Origin: Microthyrium microscopicum
Taxonomy: Eukaryota
Reading direction: 5' to 3'
Length of the DNA: 64,000 nucleotides
Assembly: GCA_010405405.1 (NCBI GenBank)
Contig: MU004239.1
Location: 62,001 to 126,000, forward strand
Of the stretch, positions 32,374 to 45,033 are shown in pieces. Each line of letters begins with the position of its first letter. Positions within the stretch are counted from its first letter, which is position 1. The notes below the pieces were generated by a model. It worked only from the letters and a program-made list of their open reading frames with translations, had not been told where the DNA came from and ran no database searches. A program made the translations under genes and the position numbers.

Positions 32374-34135
32374 ATGGCTCACAAGAACATCGTCGTTGTT
32401 GGGTAACTCGCTTCCCCTTCTTTAGCTACATTCGCTGATTCTACCAGAGCAGGAGTAGCAGGCCTCACCACGGCGCTGCTGTTGTCAAGAGATGAACGGT
32501 ATAGCATCACTGTGGCGGCCAAACATATGCCTGGCGACTACGATATTGAATACGCCTCTCCATGGGCGGGTGCGGACTATCTACCGTGAGAAATCCCTTC
32601 AACAGTACCGATTAGCATTTTGACAGATCATTGGAAGGGTCTCGGTCAGGGGGACAGATGCTGCGCAATGGGATAGAAGGACTTGGGAATACCTTCAAGA
32701 CTTGGCTGAAAATCATTTGGATGCTGGCGTACACTTTCAAAGTAAGAAAAGGGGATATTCTGGATTGTGTGAGAGAGCTGATTTTGTTATTAGCATGCAA
32801 GCAACAAATTCGCCAAAAGGATTGGGAGGCTAGGGAGAAGCCATCACTGCCTGATATCTGGTGGAAAGATATGTTACCCGATGTGAGAGCCATATACAAG
32901 AGATCATTAGCGGAACAATTCTCGTACTTACAACCATAGTTCAAAGACACCACTAACTCAGAGCTTGAACTTGGCTTTGCTTCTTGTAGTTTCACTTCAG
33001 TGTGCATCAACACAGCAATTTACCTTCCTTGGTTACTTTCGCAATGCCTAAAAGCAGGAGTACATCTCAAAAGAGCAGTGTTCACTCACATCTCCGATGC
33101 AGCTGCTCCATGTGTACACCACTCTGGACAACAAGCAGATCTGCTTATTCACTGCACTGGCCTATCTGCTCGAAATCTTGGTGGTATTGAGGATAATACA
33201 CTTTTTCCGATCAGGGGGCAATTAGTCATCGTACGAAATAGTCCTGGAGGTAATTACTCTATAGTCGATGGCCAGAGACAGTCAGATGAAGTTACATATA
33301 TGATGACTCGTGCTGCTGGTGGAGGGACAATATTGGGGGGTTGTACTCAAAAGAACAATTGGGACTCGCAGCCAGATCCTACTCGTCGGTTAAGAACACG
33401 ACCGCCGTAGGCGGTCAGGGACAGCTCAACGAGGAGTATAGCTCAACGAGGATTTAATTATAACTTTACCATAGTTAGATATTATCTTCTAAAAAGTTCA
33501 TAGTACTTACTTATAAAGTCAAAGTATCTATCTACTAAATCTTAAAGAATTTAAATAATAGGGAGCTTTATTTACAAGGGTATAAAGAAATAACCTTTAG
33601 AAAAAATTCTCTATAACTTTATAGCCTATGGCTAGATTTTTCTAAGAATAAGATATACTTTAGAATAGATACCCTTCTATCTATATATAAAGTTTTGTAT
33701 TCTTTTATTAAGAAATAATTAAATAATAATTTATTTTATATAAGGAATTGGCTAAATATAAGAAGAATGTTGGCCTGTGCGTTAGGAATTAAGCCAATCA
33801 AGATTAATTCCTCGTTGAGCTGTACTCCTCGTTGAGCTGTCCCCGATCGCCTACGGCGAGCGTGATCTTATCCGATGAGTAGTCTCGCCTTAAGAATCAT
33901 GAAAAGATGTATAGATGTCTGCCCTGATTTGACAGATGGAAAGGGCATTGAGAATCTCGATATCATTCGTCATGCTGTTGGTCTACGTCCAGCACGGGAG
34001 AACGGGGCGCGTGTTGAAAAGGAGAAGATTGGTGATATATGGGTTGTACACAATTATGGTCATGGTGGCGCTGGTTATCAGTCGTCGTACGGGTGTGCTG
34101 AAGCGGCAGTTGCGTTGGTGAATGAGGTGTTGTAG
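32374..34135 (+). pseudogene. D-amino acid oxidase gene interrupted by a MITE
   Basis: MAHKNIVVVG/AGVAGLTTA, YASPWAGA, PIRGQ, GGGTILGG, RHAVGLRPAR, HNYGHGGAGYQSSYG. The last exon is split by a 498-bp insert, and removing it restores QPDP-SLALRIMKRC in frame. Confidence 0.9.
33382..33879. mobile_element. 498-bp non-autonomous TIR element (Tc1/mariner-type MITE)
   Basis: 77-bp TIRs at 33382-33458 and 33803-33879 (68/77). TA duplicated at 33380-33381 and 33880-33881. AT-rich RIP-like core. Confidence 0.95.
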
Positions 34136-36271
34136 TTGAGAACGCGCTGAGCAAAACACGAGGTCGTTAATCGGCGTGGTGATATCATGAGAAACGCGCT
34201 GTATATCCCACATCGTGGTCTGGGGCTGGAAAGGTGTCGGAGGCATTGGGGCTGGGTCAAAGCAGCCTCCTTTCAGCCTTACGTTATCGTTTGCAGAAAG
34301 GCCCGCGAACATTCGAAGACGCCTCGATCTTTCTGCAGCCACCCACCACATGAGGCACTACTACGGTACTTTTCTAAAAAAAGGTATACGAAATGACAAA
34401 ATCAAGCCTCAGGAGGCAATATTCCGATGATACGAGTTTGTGTACAATAATTGAAGGCCCGAATGTTTAACTATGAATGTATGAGTGTGTTCCAAGGTTT
34501 CATACAAGTGATGGAATGCGGCTCAACTCGGGCAAATCTTAGGAAGATCGATGGCTCGGCTATGATTCATTTTTTGTATAAACTTTTGACTTAGCTTCCA
34601 ACAATGCTTGTTATAGTTACATTGATAGTTACATTTTGACAGCTCAATCATTGAACACAGCTACGCGATCTTCAATGAGAAGCAGGGGATCTCATGCGAA
34701 CGACTTTGGTATTGGCTACGCGTCTGACTTGCGTGTCCGCAAGCAACCATGGCAAGGCAATTAAGGATCCAATGATGAAGTCGGACAAGAGGCGTTGTTG
34801 TTTAGGCGAACGGAACAGAATGTGACCATTATTTTGAACCTTTTCGTACTGGACAGTGGACAGGACCAGACTGGCAGTACTGGGGGCTGATCCCAACAGA
34901 TGCAAGGGGGTGGACTGTTTCAGAGTGGTGCTTTCGTTTGACACTTGTAACCAGTAGACGATTTCTAACTGGTTCGTGGCAAAGTCTTCCTCCAACTGTC
35001 CTCCAACTGTCAAGAACAGGAGCAAGATGAGCAACCGCATTGTTTCTTTGCCTGCCAGACTGTGCCCAAACGTACCAGAGTGCCAGAGTGCTGCGAGAGC
35101 GCCCAGTGCGTATCGCGGCCAAGATCAGACTACTGCATCATCATCATGCAGTGCTGCATTAGCAACCATATCTCGGTGTTGTCTGCCTATGAGCTGTCTT
35201 GACTTCTACCAAACAGGCCACCCAAAATTATCTTCTCTTTCACTTCTCAAAGATCTTCTTTATGATCATTGTGTCCTTCTCCCTTGACCTCCTGATTCCT
35301 TGATTCCTGAAGCACGCACTCGGCCCTCCACTTCAATGTCCAGCCTACTGAGCACAAGAATATCATCCACCCCTTCATTCCTCCTACTTTCCATCTCGGG
35401 AACCCTATTGTACGCTCGAACCTGTGCTTCTCAAGCCCTGTCCAGCCTGATTAGACTGGAGACACCATTTGTTGCTCATTGCCCTTTTTGATAGCCAATG
35501 ACCTAAGCATTGTTGTTGGCCTCTGGTCAGATCACGGCTGTGCCGTGTCGATTTCTACTTCTTTTCTTCTGACGACTGTTGTCGCAGATTTTCACAGCTG
35601 GTCTGCCCTCAATCTCTAGTCCACGTTGACTTGGTATTTCTGTTGATCGGTACTTACGTTCCATTCTTCAGCTCGGTGATCATCTATCAATTCAGTCTGG
35701 CGCCTTCAAAGCCCCTGTTTCCACTCTTGCCTGGGATATCGTAGGGAGAGTTGAATTGAGTGCCTCGTTCCAGAGTCCCTACTTAATTTCTAAGGGACAG
35801 AGGCTGGTACATGTACCCTGACTTTACTTCCACATTCTCAAAACATATTCCGTTTGTTTCTCTTTTGGCGCGGGCGCTTTCTTTCCAGGAAACAATGTCC
35901 CTATAGCCTAGCCTGCTATAGCATCACACAACTCTTGTTCAACTCGTTCCCACGAACACCAAAACTACTGCTGTACAACGACTCTAACTTAAGGTCCGGA
36001 TATCTTAGCGTAGCAAGACAACTCGAAACGCTGAAAATACCCAAATACGAACCACTAGCCATAACTACGACTTCCACTTCAAAAACATTCTTTCCAAATC
36101 AGCACCCAAAGCACTGTCCATTGAGGACTATCTCAGCTTCACCAAAGCAGTCGATTGTGTTCCAACAAAACGGGTCTTTGCATACTCGACTCTATAATGC
36201 AGCGGTCCGTGTAGGACGAACCTTTTTCACTGTTTGCCTACCAGGACTGGACTTAAAATTTGAAGTCATAG

Positions 36272-38314
36272 ATGCAGCAAACAACCAATATGAGGTCGGC
36301 TTCATTGTCCATTTCGTCGACCTCATCAAAGTCTTCAATATCCTCAAGTCGCGATTTATCACCGCATGCCTCTCCGCGACGAGCTCTTCTCTCAACATCA
36401 CCACCACTATCACCAAGTCTTCCTTCATTAATACACCGACATGGCCGGGCATCATCCAAAACCAGAAGGAAACCGGTTCCATTATGCTCTACTCGAGTAG
36501 CTGTTTCGATTTTTGCGGTGGTAATTCTAACTCTGGTTTTAATTCGTGGCTTCATTTCAGAATACAACGATTCAAAAAAGGTCAATTACGATCTGGTCGA
36601 CCAAGGTCATTTGCCTGATGACGCAGCCGCTATAATCGTTGATGACAGTCACCAGAAATGGACCGTATGGATTCCTCCCAGATCAGATTTCCCATTACGA
36701 CCTTGGCAATATGCCGAGATATGTGCTCAAGCCGAACAAATCCAATTGGAGCTCAATGGAGGCTCTAGTCTGTTTGGGAAGAAGAAGCATCCATACTACG
36801 CTGAAGATCCATCATATCTAGAAGTGTCTGAAGCGGTCGAATCAGGAACGATTCATGGGGATCATCTTAACGATACCATAATTATTAACGACTTAATGCC
36901 AAAAGAGGTCTGTCAGAAGAGCATGACATATGTAATGGAAACAGAAGACGCAGGAATGGGTAATACTTTGCTTGCTCTATGGCTTGCATATGGTCTGGCG
37001 AAAAAAGAAGGGCGTGCTTTCTTCGTCGATGACTCGCGATGGTAAGTCCAGCCAAACCAATATCCGTTCAGAAATATCTGACTTTTTAGGCCATATGGAA
37101 AGTATTCCACATACTTCAGACCTCCTCCCTCTCCTGGTTGTCGATCGCCCCCAGATAATCACCGGGTTCCTTGCCCTCGACAGGCTGCACATCTCGTAGT
37201 ATCAGCTGCAACTTTTCCATGGGCTTTTGGCCCGTCTTTCAAGTCCGAATTTCTCGATATTTCACGACCGTCTCATGAACAACACCATAAAATATACGAC
37301 TTAATGCGAAGAGGTTACGAAGACCTGTTTCATCTCGCGGATGCCGGAGATGCTGCCTACGCGCAAGATCGCACAACTGGAAAGATATTCCAAGAAGCTC
37401 ACCATGGCGGAGGCATGACGATTGGTCTCCATGTCCGCCGTGGTGATGTCCACCCGTGGGAACGCGAGTTTGAGAGCGATTACTTGCCCATTATGCGCTA
37501 TATGGATGAAGTCCGCCAGATCCTGTTCGACACCTACGAGCATGAGGAAGAAGAGGATGAACAGCACTCTTCTGCATCCTCTTCAATTGCTGCCCAGCCT
37601 GCCTCATCTACCCATAAATCGAAAGCCACAAAACATTCGATGTTCACTCACCTTTCCCCATTCAGCACCTTCACCAAGACGCTCAACACAGACCTGCGTC
37701 GTCGCCATGGACCAGCCGGCCTCATGGCCTCCAGTCTCCTCCTTTCCAGCGACGACCCAGCAGTATACGCTGCCCCCGAAGTCTCTCGCGCCATTCGCGC
37801 CCAAGATCGCATTCTGCTCGCCACTAAGACTGACCTTGAGCACATGTCTGGCGCATCCTTACATCGTGGCCCAATTGACTCGCTGCATGGTTGGGAAGGC
37901 GGCTTTTATGCCAGCGCTTTCTGGGCACTTGGTGCGCCGGATCGGAGGACCGCAAGCCCACCCGCTAGACAGCATTTGCGTGGACGAGCAGTCGAGAGCG
38001 AAGTGCATGAGAAGTTTGCGGCTGCTTTGCAGGCGGCGAGTGCAAGTTTGCCGCCTCATGACCCGTGGCATGGCGGTGTGAAGCGCAGCGTTGTCCCAGC
38101 ATCCACACCAGAAGCACTCGCGATGCGGGCGGTCCTGGGCCGTGGGTATCTGCTAGACCTGGCGGTATTGGGCAAAACTGATGCGGTCGTCTGCGCAGTG
38201 AGCAGCGCGGCGTGTCGGGTGCTGGGTGTCATGATCGGATGGGATAAGGTAGCTGGCGGCAAGTGGGTCAATGTTGATGGCAAGTTTGGCTGGCGAGGCT
38301 TGGTCATTGAATGA
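36272..38314 (+). CDS. Type II membrane protein with a fucosyltransferase-like (GT-B) motif, 2 exons
   Basis: Single N-proximal TM helix (VAVSIFAVVILTLVLI), AGMGNTL, IGLHVRRGD, LSSDDP, DLAVLG..DAVVCAVSS. Intron 37042-37089. Confidence 0.8.
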
Positions 38315-38905
38315 GGATTGGTGGATAATACTGTCGGAAATGGGCTGTTGTGATTGGTTTCCTATGTCCCTTTTCATGTGCATAGCGACTTGTTTGATGG
38401 AGTTTAACGGATCTGCTCTTTTCTTGATATCCCCACACAGCACGACACAAGGTTGGCAATTTGCATGCATTTACAATAGAATTCACTTTAGGTAGTAATT
38501 CCACAAAGTTTATACTCATTTTCAATACTTTCCTTGGGACTTTATGCTTGGTGAACCACACTTGCAAGGCGGATGGATGTTGCAATCTCTTCCTACTAAC
38601 CTTCATAGGCGTAGTATGCAGCCCTGAATGTGTTCTATGGTACCGACAGGGACAATCCCGTAGACTAACAGAGAGTCAGCTATCTCCATATTCAACAATA
38701 GTATGAAGCTGGTCAACAATTACATACATAACTCCTGCCTGCAGATTAACTGAACTTCAGCTCTTTTCGGAGAATATTCCGAACAACCAGATGAAGCCGG
38801 TAAACTGTGACAAAAATGTATATACGGAATGATTTGCTCTTTGGTAATTGTTTCTTTCAACGCATCTTAGCGACTTGAGACAGCGTTCGCTTCTGCTTCT
38901 AAAAT

Positions 38906-39548
38906 ATGGCGCATTCGAATTTACATCTACTTTTTTACTTCTCGTTATGTCAGTTTCTGAAAGGTATTTTTAGCCAGTCTTCGCAGTCCCAAGTTCCTCC
39001 AGTTCCCGAACCTCGAATTCCAATATGGAACCAGACTGGTCATCACACCGGTCCCTATCTCACCAGACCCGTATTCAAGTTGCCACTATGGGAAATCGTT
39101 TTTTGCCCCGTAGCTGTTAACACGACTGGATTTCCACACAGATTCATGGAAGACCACTTTATCCCCGAAAAGGATTTTTATATTCCAATGATCTATAATC
39201 GGACGCAAATGAGTCATAGGGACTGGAAATGGAGACGTTACATTGCAGTAGCGCAGATGAGGACCTTCAAGGCGAGACAAATTGTTGGAGATCGGAGGGT
39301 ATGTGACTTGTCGTTTACAATGGGCGCAAGAGCTTATCTGAGAGGCTGATTTTGACGATGTATAGGTATTTGTTGTCGTCCCGTTTGGAGGCTCGGTGGA
39401 TCGATCGAATATAACGAGACCAATGAGGTGTAGTGGTGTAAAACCTTGGGAGCCGAATGCGCTGAACAGAGAAAGGAACGCTGAAATGGTTGCGCAAAAG
39501 AAGTTCAAAAGCGTTGGTGGAAGGCTATTGCCTGAGCAGCGTTGGTGA
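38906..39548 (+). CDS. Small hypothetical protein, possibly secreted, 2 exons
   Basis: Hydrophobic N-terminus. A GTATGT..CTGAT..TAG intron at 39299-39365 joins in frame to an open exon ending TGA at 39548. Confidence 0.55.
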
Positions 39549-40042
39549 TAAGCAGAGGTATCTAGCTAGCTTCCGACTGATTGATTCAGTGTGATAAAGC
39601 AGGGAGAATATAAGATATGGGTGTGGTAACAGTTGTTGATGAATCGAGCAAGCGGGCGGTATGGAACTGAGTTATTTCACTAGCTAGCTCTTGTCTTTTG
39701 CAAGCATCCTACATTGTCAAATTGAAAGCCCCTGGGCTTGTGTTTTTTTCTATCAAAGACTGCTGCGATGTTGTTGATCATTAGTGGCCAATTGAATCCA
39801 TTCATTCTCAGCCTGATAGCACAAGGCTGATGCAACATGAATTTCCACCTTCACTCATATCGATTGCCATGGAAGGTCGTATAGGCTCTCAATATTCAAG
39901 TACATTTTGGTAAGTTCAAGGACTTGTGCTCAAGATAAAACAAAGCGGTAAAGATAATCATTAACATTCAAGCTATCTCAATAATGCAACAGAACTCGGA
40001 CCCAAAACCCAAACGCCTTCAATGCAGCTATCAATTCTCTCG

Positions 40043-41346
40043 CTACACCTCCATCCGTAATTTACTCGCCACCGGTGGGCTGGATGGACTTAGTCTCCTT
40101 TCTTTGCCTCTTGCACTGCCCACCGTACTCGAGCTTTCTCCAGTGCCTTGCGGCCGCATAATCACCATGCTATCAGGCCGGGTTCCCATCTCCGCCACAC
40201 CCGCTGCAAATCCACCTGCCGGTGCAGGATAGTTTTGAGGACTTGTACTTAGTCCGTTTGGCCCAATCATTGTTTCGCCTGTGTACTGAGGTACTAGTGC
40301 ACCTGGGTGCACACTATACGCATGTGACTCCCATCCCCCTTGCGGGCTAATGGACTGATTATCCGCATCTATGGCACGTTGCATGGGTGTGTTGGTGAGT
40401 GTTTCGGGTGAGTTTAATGAGGATGGATATTTGAGCGGCGAGCTGGACGAGGAGGCGTGCAGTGTGTGTTCGTCTTCGCCGCCGTTGGGGCCGTTGGGCT
40501 TGAAATATGCATCAGCGGGTGTATGGGAGCGGGAAGAGGAGGCGTCGTTGGGATGTAGCATAGTCATGTCGCGGTCACTGTTCAAGGGCGCTTCTCCACC
40601 TGTTTCTGAGGATGAGGAGGAGGATGGTCCTTTCTTGGCGAGTGCTTTGGAGGCGATGATCAGGACGCAGAAGGTAAAGATTGCGACACCGATGGCGACG
40701 ATACCGATTACTATTCCGACGATCCCGGATTTTGTGATTTTTTCATGACCATCCACGATAGGTGAGTTTGTCGCTGCGAGGGCACCGAGCGTGGCTGACG
40801 CGCTAGATGATGAGGAGCTTTCTATGGAAGAAGTTTTTGTTGGCGTCGAAGTTGCTTCGGACTTGGTGGAAGTGGCCATTGTGGTGGAAGCAGCTGCGGC
40901 TTTGCCGCCTGATATTGCAAACTGTGGTGAAACGGAAAATTGTTGGTCTTGTGTGATCATGATTGCATAATTGTCCCCATTTGCAATGGACTTGTCTGGT
41001 TGCCACGCGTATGAGCTGTCCGTGATGTTTTCTGAGGTACCTATGTTAGATACTTTGGCATCCTGCGCTACCTCCAGCGTCCACTTACCAGCAATTGTTC
41101 CCACTTGAACCATATTATCAGCTGGTCCTTGCATCAATGATAACGAAACGACCTGAGAATGTATCAGCAGAGTCCCTCCATTGCTGGTAGAGAGTTTGTA
41201 CTTACAGCTTGATCTCCACCACTCCATGCTAAGGTATATGAAGTGCCAGCCGTAACGTTGGAAGGTATGTAATTCAGTTGGGGAGCACCTTGAGCCAAAA
41301 CACTGGTGCAATAGCTAGCAGCCAAAGCCAAAAGTGATAACCTCAT
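40043..41346 (-). CDS. Single-pass cell-surface protein (signal peptide, Kre9/KNH-like N-domain, Ser/Thr stalk, TM helix, cytoplasmic tail)
   Basis: MRLSLLALAASYCTSVLA signal, YTLAWSGG, YAWQP..YAIMI..SPQF, S/T-rich region, TM GIVGIVIGIVAIGVAIFTFCVLII. One intron at approx. 41205-41153. Confidence 0.85.
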
Positions 41347-42868
41347 GATGATGACTTCTCAGCTCTTTCTAAACCAAGGATCGTCGATAGAACTCCAGCT
41401 CCCTTCACTCAAGTGCAAATGTAAACTTTAGAAAGGAAGAAGAGGGATATGGAAAGTAATTAGAGAGTGGTTTGAGACGTTGTCGGTAGCTTATTGTCCG
41501 TTCCAGGCGAAAATTACCAGGCCAGTCGGTATAACGGGCTCCTGACAGACAGGTTACAAAAAATAAGATGGAGGCGTCAGGATGGGGAGCCGAATGGGCA
41601 GTGTTCAGAAAGTCGTGAGATTCTGTCACCCATAACAGAGAAGCAGTGCAGCGATTTGAAGTCTGTGAGCCCTACGGGCATGTGGCAGACTGGACATTCT
41701 TAAAGTAGTAGTTGTTGGTAGGAAACAATCCAGCAGGCAAGTATTCAAGATGTGGACTGGTATGAAGCTATTTGGATGTTTGGCGAACTTGAAGGTTGAA
41801 GGGTTGTCGGGGGTTTGAGCAGTGTGAGAGGCAGAGAAACAAGACAAAAAGGGCGCAGGGCTACCAATGCGGGAACCGTTGGACATAGGCCTGATTGCTT
41901 GCCTTTACTGGGGTAAATTCGTACAGGTTCTGATTTTAGCCTGCGCGATACCAAAGTGGAAAAGGTGAGACTGGGGCATTGCTTACATTGACTGGTTGAA
42001 TGCATGGACGAGGTACAGACAAGGCTGAGCTGCACTGTCGAAACCACAGCAGTAAGATCGCCAAAAACCACAAATACAAGTCGCTCAGAGATTTACCGAC
42101 TCTATAGTTACCAACTTAGGTATCGTCTGTCGCGAAACTAATCTCGACCACTCGGAACATTCCGTTCTGAATAGTTGGCATCGCCAAAGGTTCACCCGTC
42201 AGTGCCATCGCCTATTGTTTCATTTCAGGTCAAACATCCGGGACATGGCAACAAGTATGCTTAAAAGAAGAGTTCGATCAGTACGTATCTTTGCTCTGGT
42301 GCCGGAAACACAATTCTGTCTTGTTCTTCTCTTTTATTCTGATTTGGATAGAATAACCGCCGCCAACAGCTTTGTCTTCATCAGTGCAAATACATTTGCT
42401 CATTCAAATCCAGCTGAAACTCGCCAAGTATCGAAACCGCATATACGTCAGTAAATGTTCTATCAAACAAATAAATAATGTTCTTCAATAAAACTGTTAG
42501 TTTTGGTCTCCTATGGTTCATGATATAATGTATGATACGGATGCCTCCGTAGCTTGCCTCAATAACATCTCAAACCTGTAAGTTTATGCTGATGATCTAC
42601 TAGTACATTATGATACAGTGATTCGGAAAATGTATGAATAATTCTCCCAACAGTCTCAAGTTATCCATTCGGCACTAAGGGAAGTATTTAATGAAATGGC
42701 GTAGTGATTAGCAGACATCATAGCTCATGGCATCACAGCATCACTCCGGTCAAGTAGCTCACTCATCCGAAATCCAAATGTTAGGTATCACTCACAGGAT
42801 CCTAACCTGGCCCGAATGCGGTGATATATTTCAGAAAGCTTTAGTAATTGGCCAGTGTTTGCCAGTGT

Positions 42869-43549
42869 TCAGCCGTCTAATCCTCTCATGTCCTCAACAA
42901 TTTGTCCAGCTACAGGATCCAAAAATCCATTCTGCACATCATCCACCGTCACAACTCCGTCCACATTGACTTCGCACAGTCTCGATGTAATGCGGTCTCT
43001 AACACGCTCGACTAGCTCAGGCGGGCGTCCTACATGTGCCTTGCTATCCTCCTCCCATACAAAGTATACCAATGAGATTTTCTCCAAACGCTCAATCTCA
43101 TCTTTGAAATGTCCAAGCCGGCGCTCCGATATCTGCAAAGGGCCAAAGATCCTGTATATCCCTCTCCAGCTGCTCTCTACAATTTCTCCACTATCCGGAC
43201 TCCTCAGCTGTTCCTTGTAGGTCTGAATAAGCGATTTACAGCGTTGTATCTGCTTTGTCCCCTCGACCCCAAATAGGAGCTCATACTTTGCTACTCTGTT
43301 TCCCCAGAAGTTCAACCATGATTCGTAAGCTAAAATGCACTCGTTCAACGCTGCTTCGTGTCGTCTAATTGTCGTTGAATAGTCAAAGCACTGACACACC
43401 TTTGCGTATAGGTTCTCAGCTGCTGTAGTAATGAACGCAAGGATAGTGGAAAAGAAGCCTATGATTAAGGAGATGTGAGCGAAAACGTCCCATTCGGACT
43501 TTACCGGTATGAAAGTGGGAGAAGATGTTGATCGCTGTTGTGGGGCCAT
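42869..43549 (-). CDS. Hypothetical protein with an N-terminal hydrophobic helix; 3' end uncertain
   Basis: 226-aa ATG-initiated ORF; no family recognised. Confidence 0.5.
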   Translation of the reverse strand: MAPQQRSTSSPTFIPVKSEWDVFAHISLIIGFFSTILAFITTAAENLYAKVCQCFDYSTTIRRHEAALNECILAYESWLNFWGNRVAKYELLFGVEGTKQIQRCKSLIQTYKEQLRSPDSGEIVESSWRGIYRIFGPLQISERRLGHFKDEIERLEKISLVYFVWEEDSKAHVGRPPELVERVRDRITSRLCEVNVDGVVTVDDVQNGFLDPVAGQIVEDMRGLDG

Positions 43550-43986
43550 TCAAATCAACTCTGAAAGATATGTGAAAACTCAAATCGCGAATAACGACTA
43601 CTAGAGCGCCTAGATACAATTTGGGAAAGCCATGAGATTTGGTAATCTGAAGGTCTTTAATGACTTACGTCGATTTCTAGAGGCTACAAGATTGATATGC
43701 CAGACAATATAAGACACCAAACTTCTCCATCATGAATCAATTATACAACACTGAGAGCCATAGACTGTAGTGAGACAAGTTTCTTCTGCCTTCAAGCGTG
43801 TTGAAGTACACTTTTCCCACCATGAAGTTTTCTTTGTCCATCAACATGAAGCATATCACAAGTTCATCTTAGCAGTAAAGCATCAAATGTCTTTTTTTGG
43901 CCAAAGATATATATCAAGTACCCTAACAACCTATCCCAAAAGTTAAATTACTCTCCCTTCCAAGCATTACGCCAATATCCCAAGTC

Positions 43987-45033
43987 TCAATCACTAGCCA
44001 ATTCATGCTCAACAACCTCATAGCTCGCCTCCCTCCCCGGCCCAGCCACAGTCCTAACAACATCACAATTCCTAAACTCAAAAATCACCTTCTCACAAAC
44101 AAAATCTGTCAAATCCGAGCGATCCCACTCCTGCCCCCCAGCATCCAGCATCAAATACTGCGTAAACAACTCCCTCGCCCCTCCGACATACTCATAGTAC
44201 GGCACCCGCACAATTATATTCGCAAACCGATTGTCCTGTCTTAGAAATCTGTTATGCAGCAACGTAACCATGTCCAACACAGTCCTTAACATTAGTCCCT
44301 CCAGCTCCTCTGGGACTAATGATGCTGGCGTGCTTGCCGCAGCAGGCCAGGGCGGCGCAGGTGTGCGTGACGGCCGAAACCAGACATGGCGAGTAGTGGA
44401 GGGGAGAAGGACGCGTGGTTTTGGAAATGCGATGCGGCATTTTTCAGCGTAGCGGTTGGCGTAGTGGGACGTATTGGCCTGGTGTATGAGTTCAAAGTAT
44501 GCTTCTTGCGCTATATGGTCCCACAGTGGGACCTCGCAGGAGATAACGAGGTCATCGTGCTCTGTGCGTCGACTGTTGCGGACTAGAGTGCGTGGGAGGT
44601 GGGTGAAGGATAGATGGGCGAAGCGGCCTAGATCATATGACCATTTTGCGCGGTAGGTTAGCGGAGTTCTGTTGCGGGTTTTTGGGCTTTCGGTTATGTA
44701 GCGTTTGGTTAGGGATTGGAATTCTTTGGAGACGAGGGAAAGGATACGTTCGTTGGAAGTCGGTTCTTGGATGGTGCATTTGTGGTAGTTGTTACCGCCG
44801 ATGTGGTCTTGGAGGGTACGGGTTGGGTTGTTGGTTGGAAGACTTGGATTGTTTATTGCGTATTCGAGGATCAGGATCTTGATCTCTAGAGTGAGGTGTT
44901 TCCATTCTAGTGTTTGGGTGTGATCACGTTCTATGGGCTTTTTGCCTTTCTTGAGTAACTTGTTGAACCATGACTCTATGGCCGATGGTTTAGGGGCCTT
45001 TTGACTGCCGTGAGATTGTTTGCGATTAGCCAT
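43987..45033 (-). CDS. Hypothetical protein with an F-box-like motif
   Basis: 348-aa ORF containing WKHLTLEIKILILEY near the N-terminus. Confidence 0.65.
   Translation of the reverse strand: MANRKQSHGSQKAPKPSAIESWFNKLLKKGKKPIERDHTQTLEWKHLTLEIKILILEYAINNPSLPTNNPTRTLQDHIGGNNYHKCTIQEPTSNERILSLVSKEFQSLTKRYITESPKTRNRTPLTYRAKWSYDLGRFAHLSFTHLPRTLVRNSRRTEHDDLVISCEVPLWDHIAQEAYFELIHQANTSHYANRYAEKCRIAFPKPRVLLPSTTRHVWFRPSRTPAPPWPAAASTPASLVPEELEGLMLRTVLDMVTLLHNRFLRQDNRFANIIVRVPYYEYVGGARELFTQYLMLDAGGQEWDRSDLTDFVCEKVIFEFRNCDVVRTVAGPGREASYEVVEHELASD

Noticed and set aside
35854..36618. 254-aa ORF overlapping the fucosyltransferase-like gene, and similar antisense or shadow ORFs elsewhere
   Set aside because: Non-ATG start and overlap with a better-supported gene in another frame.
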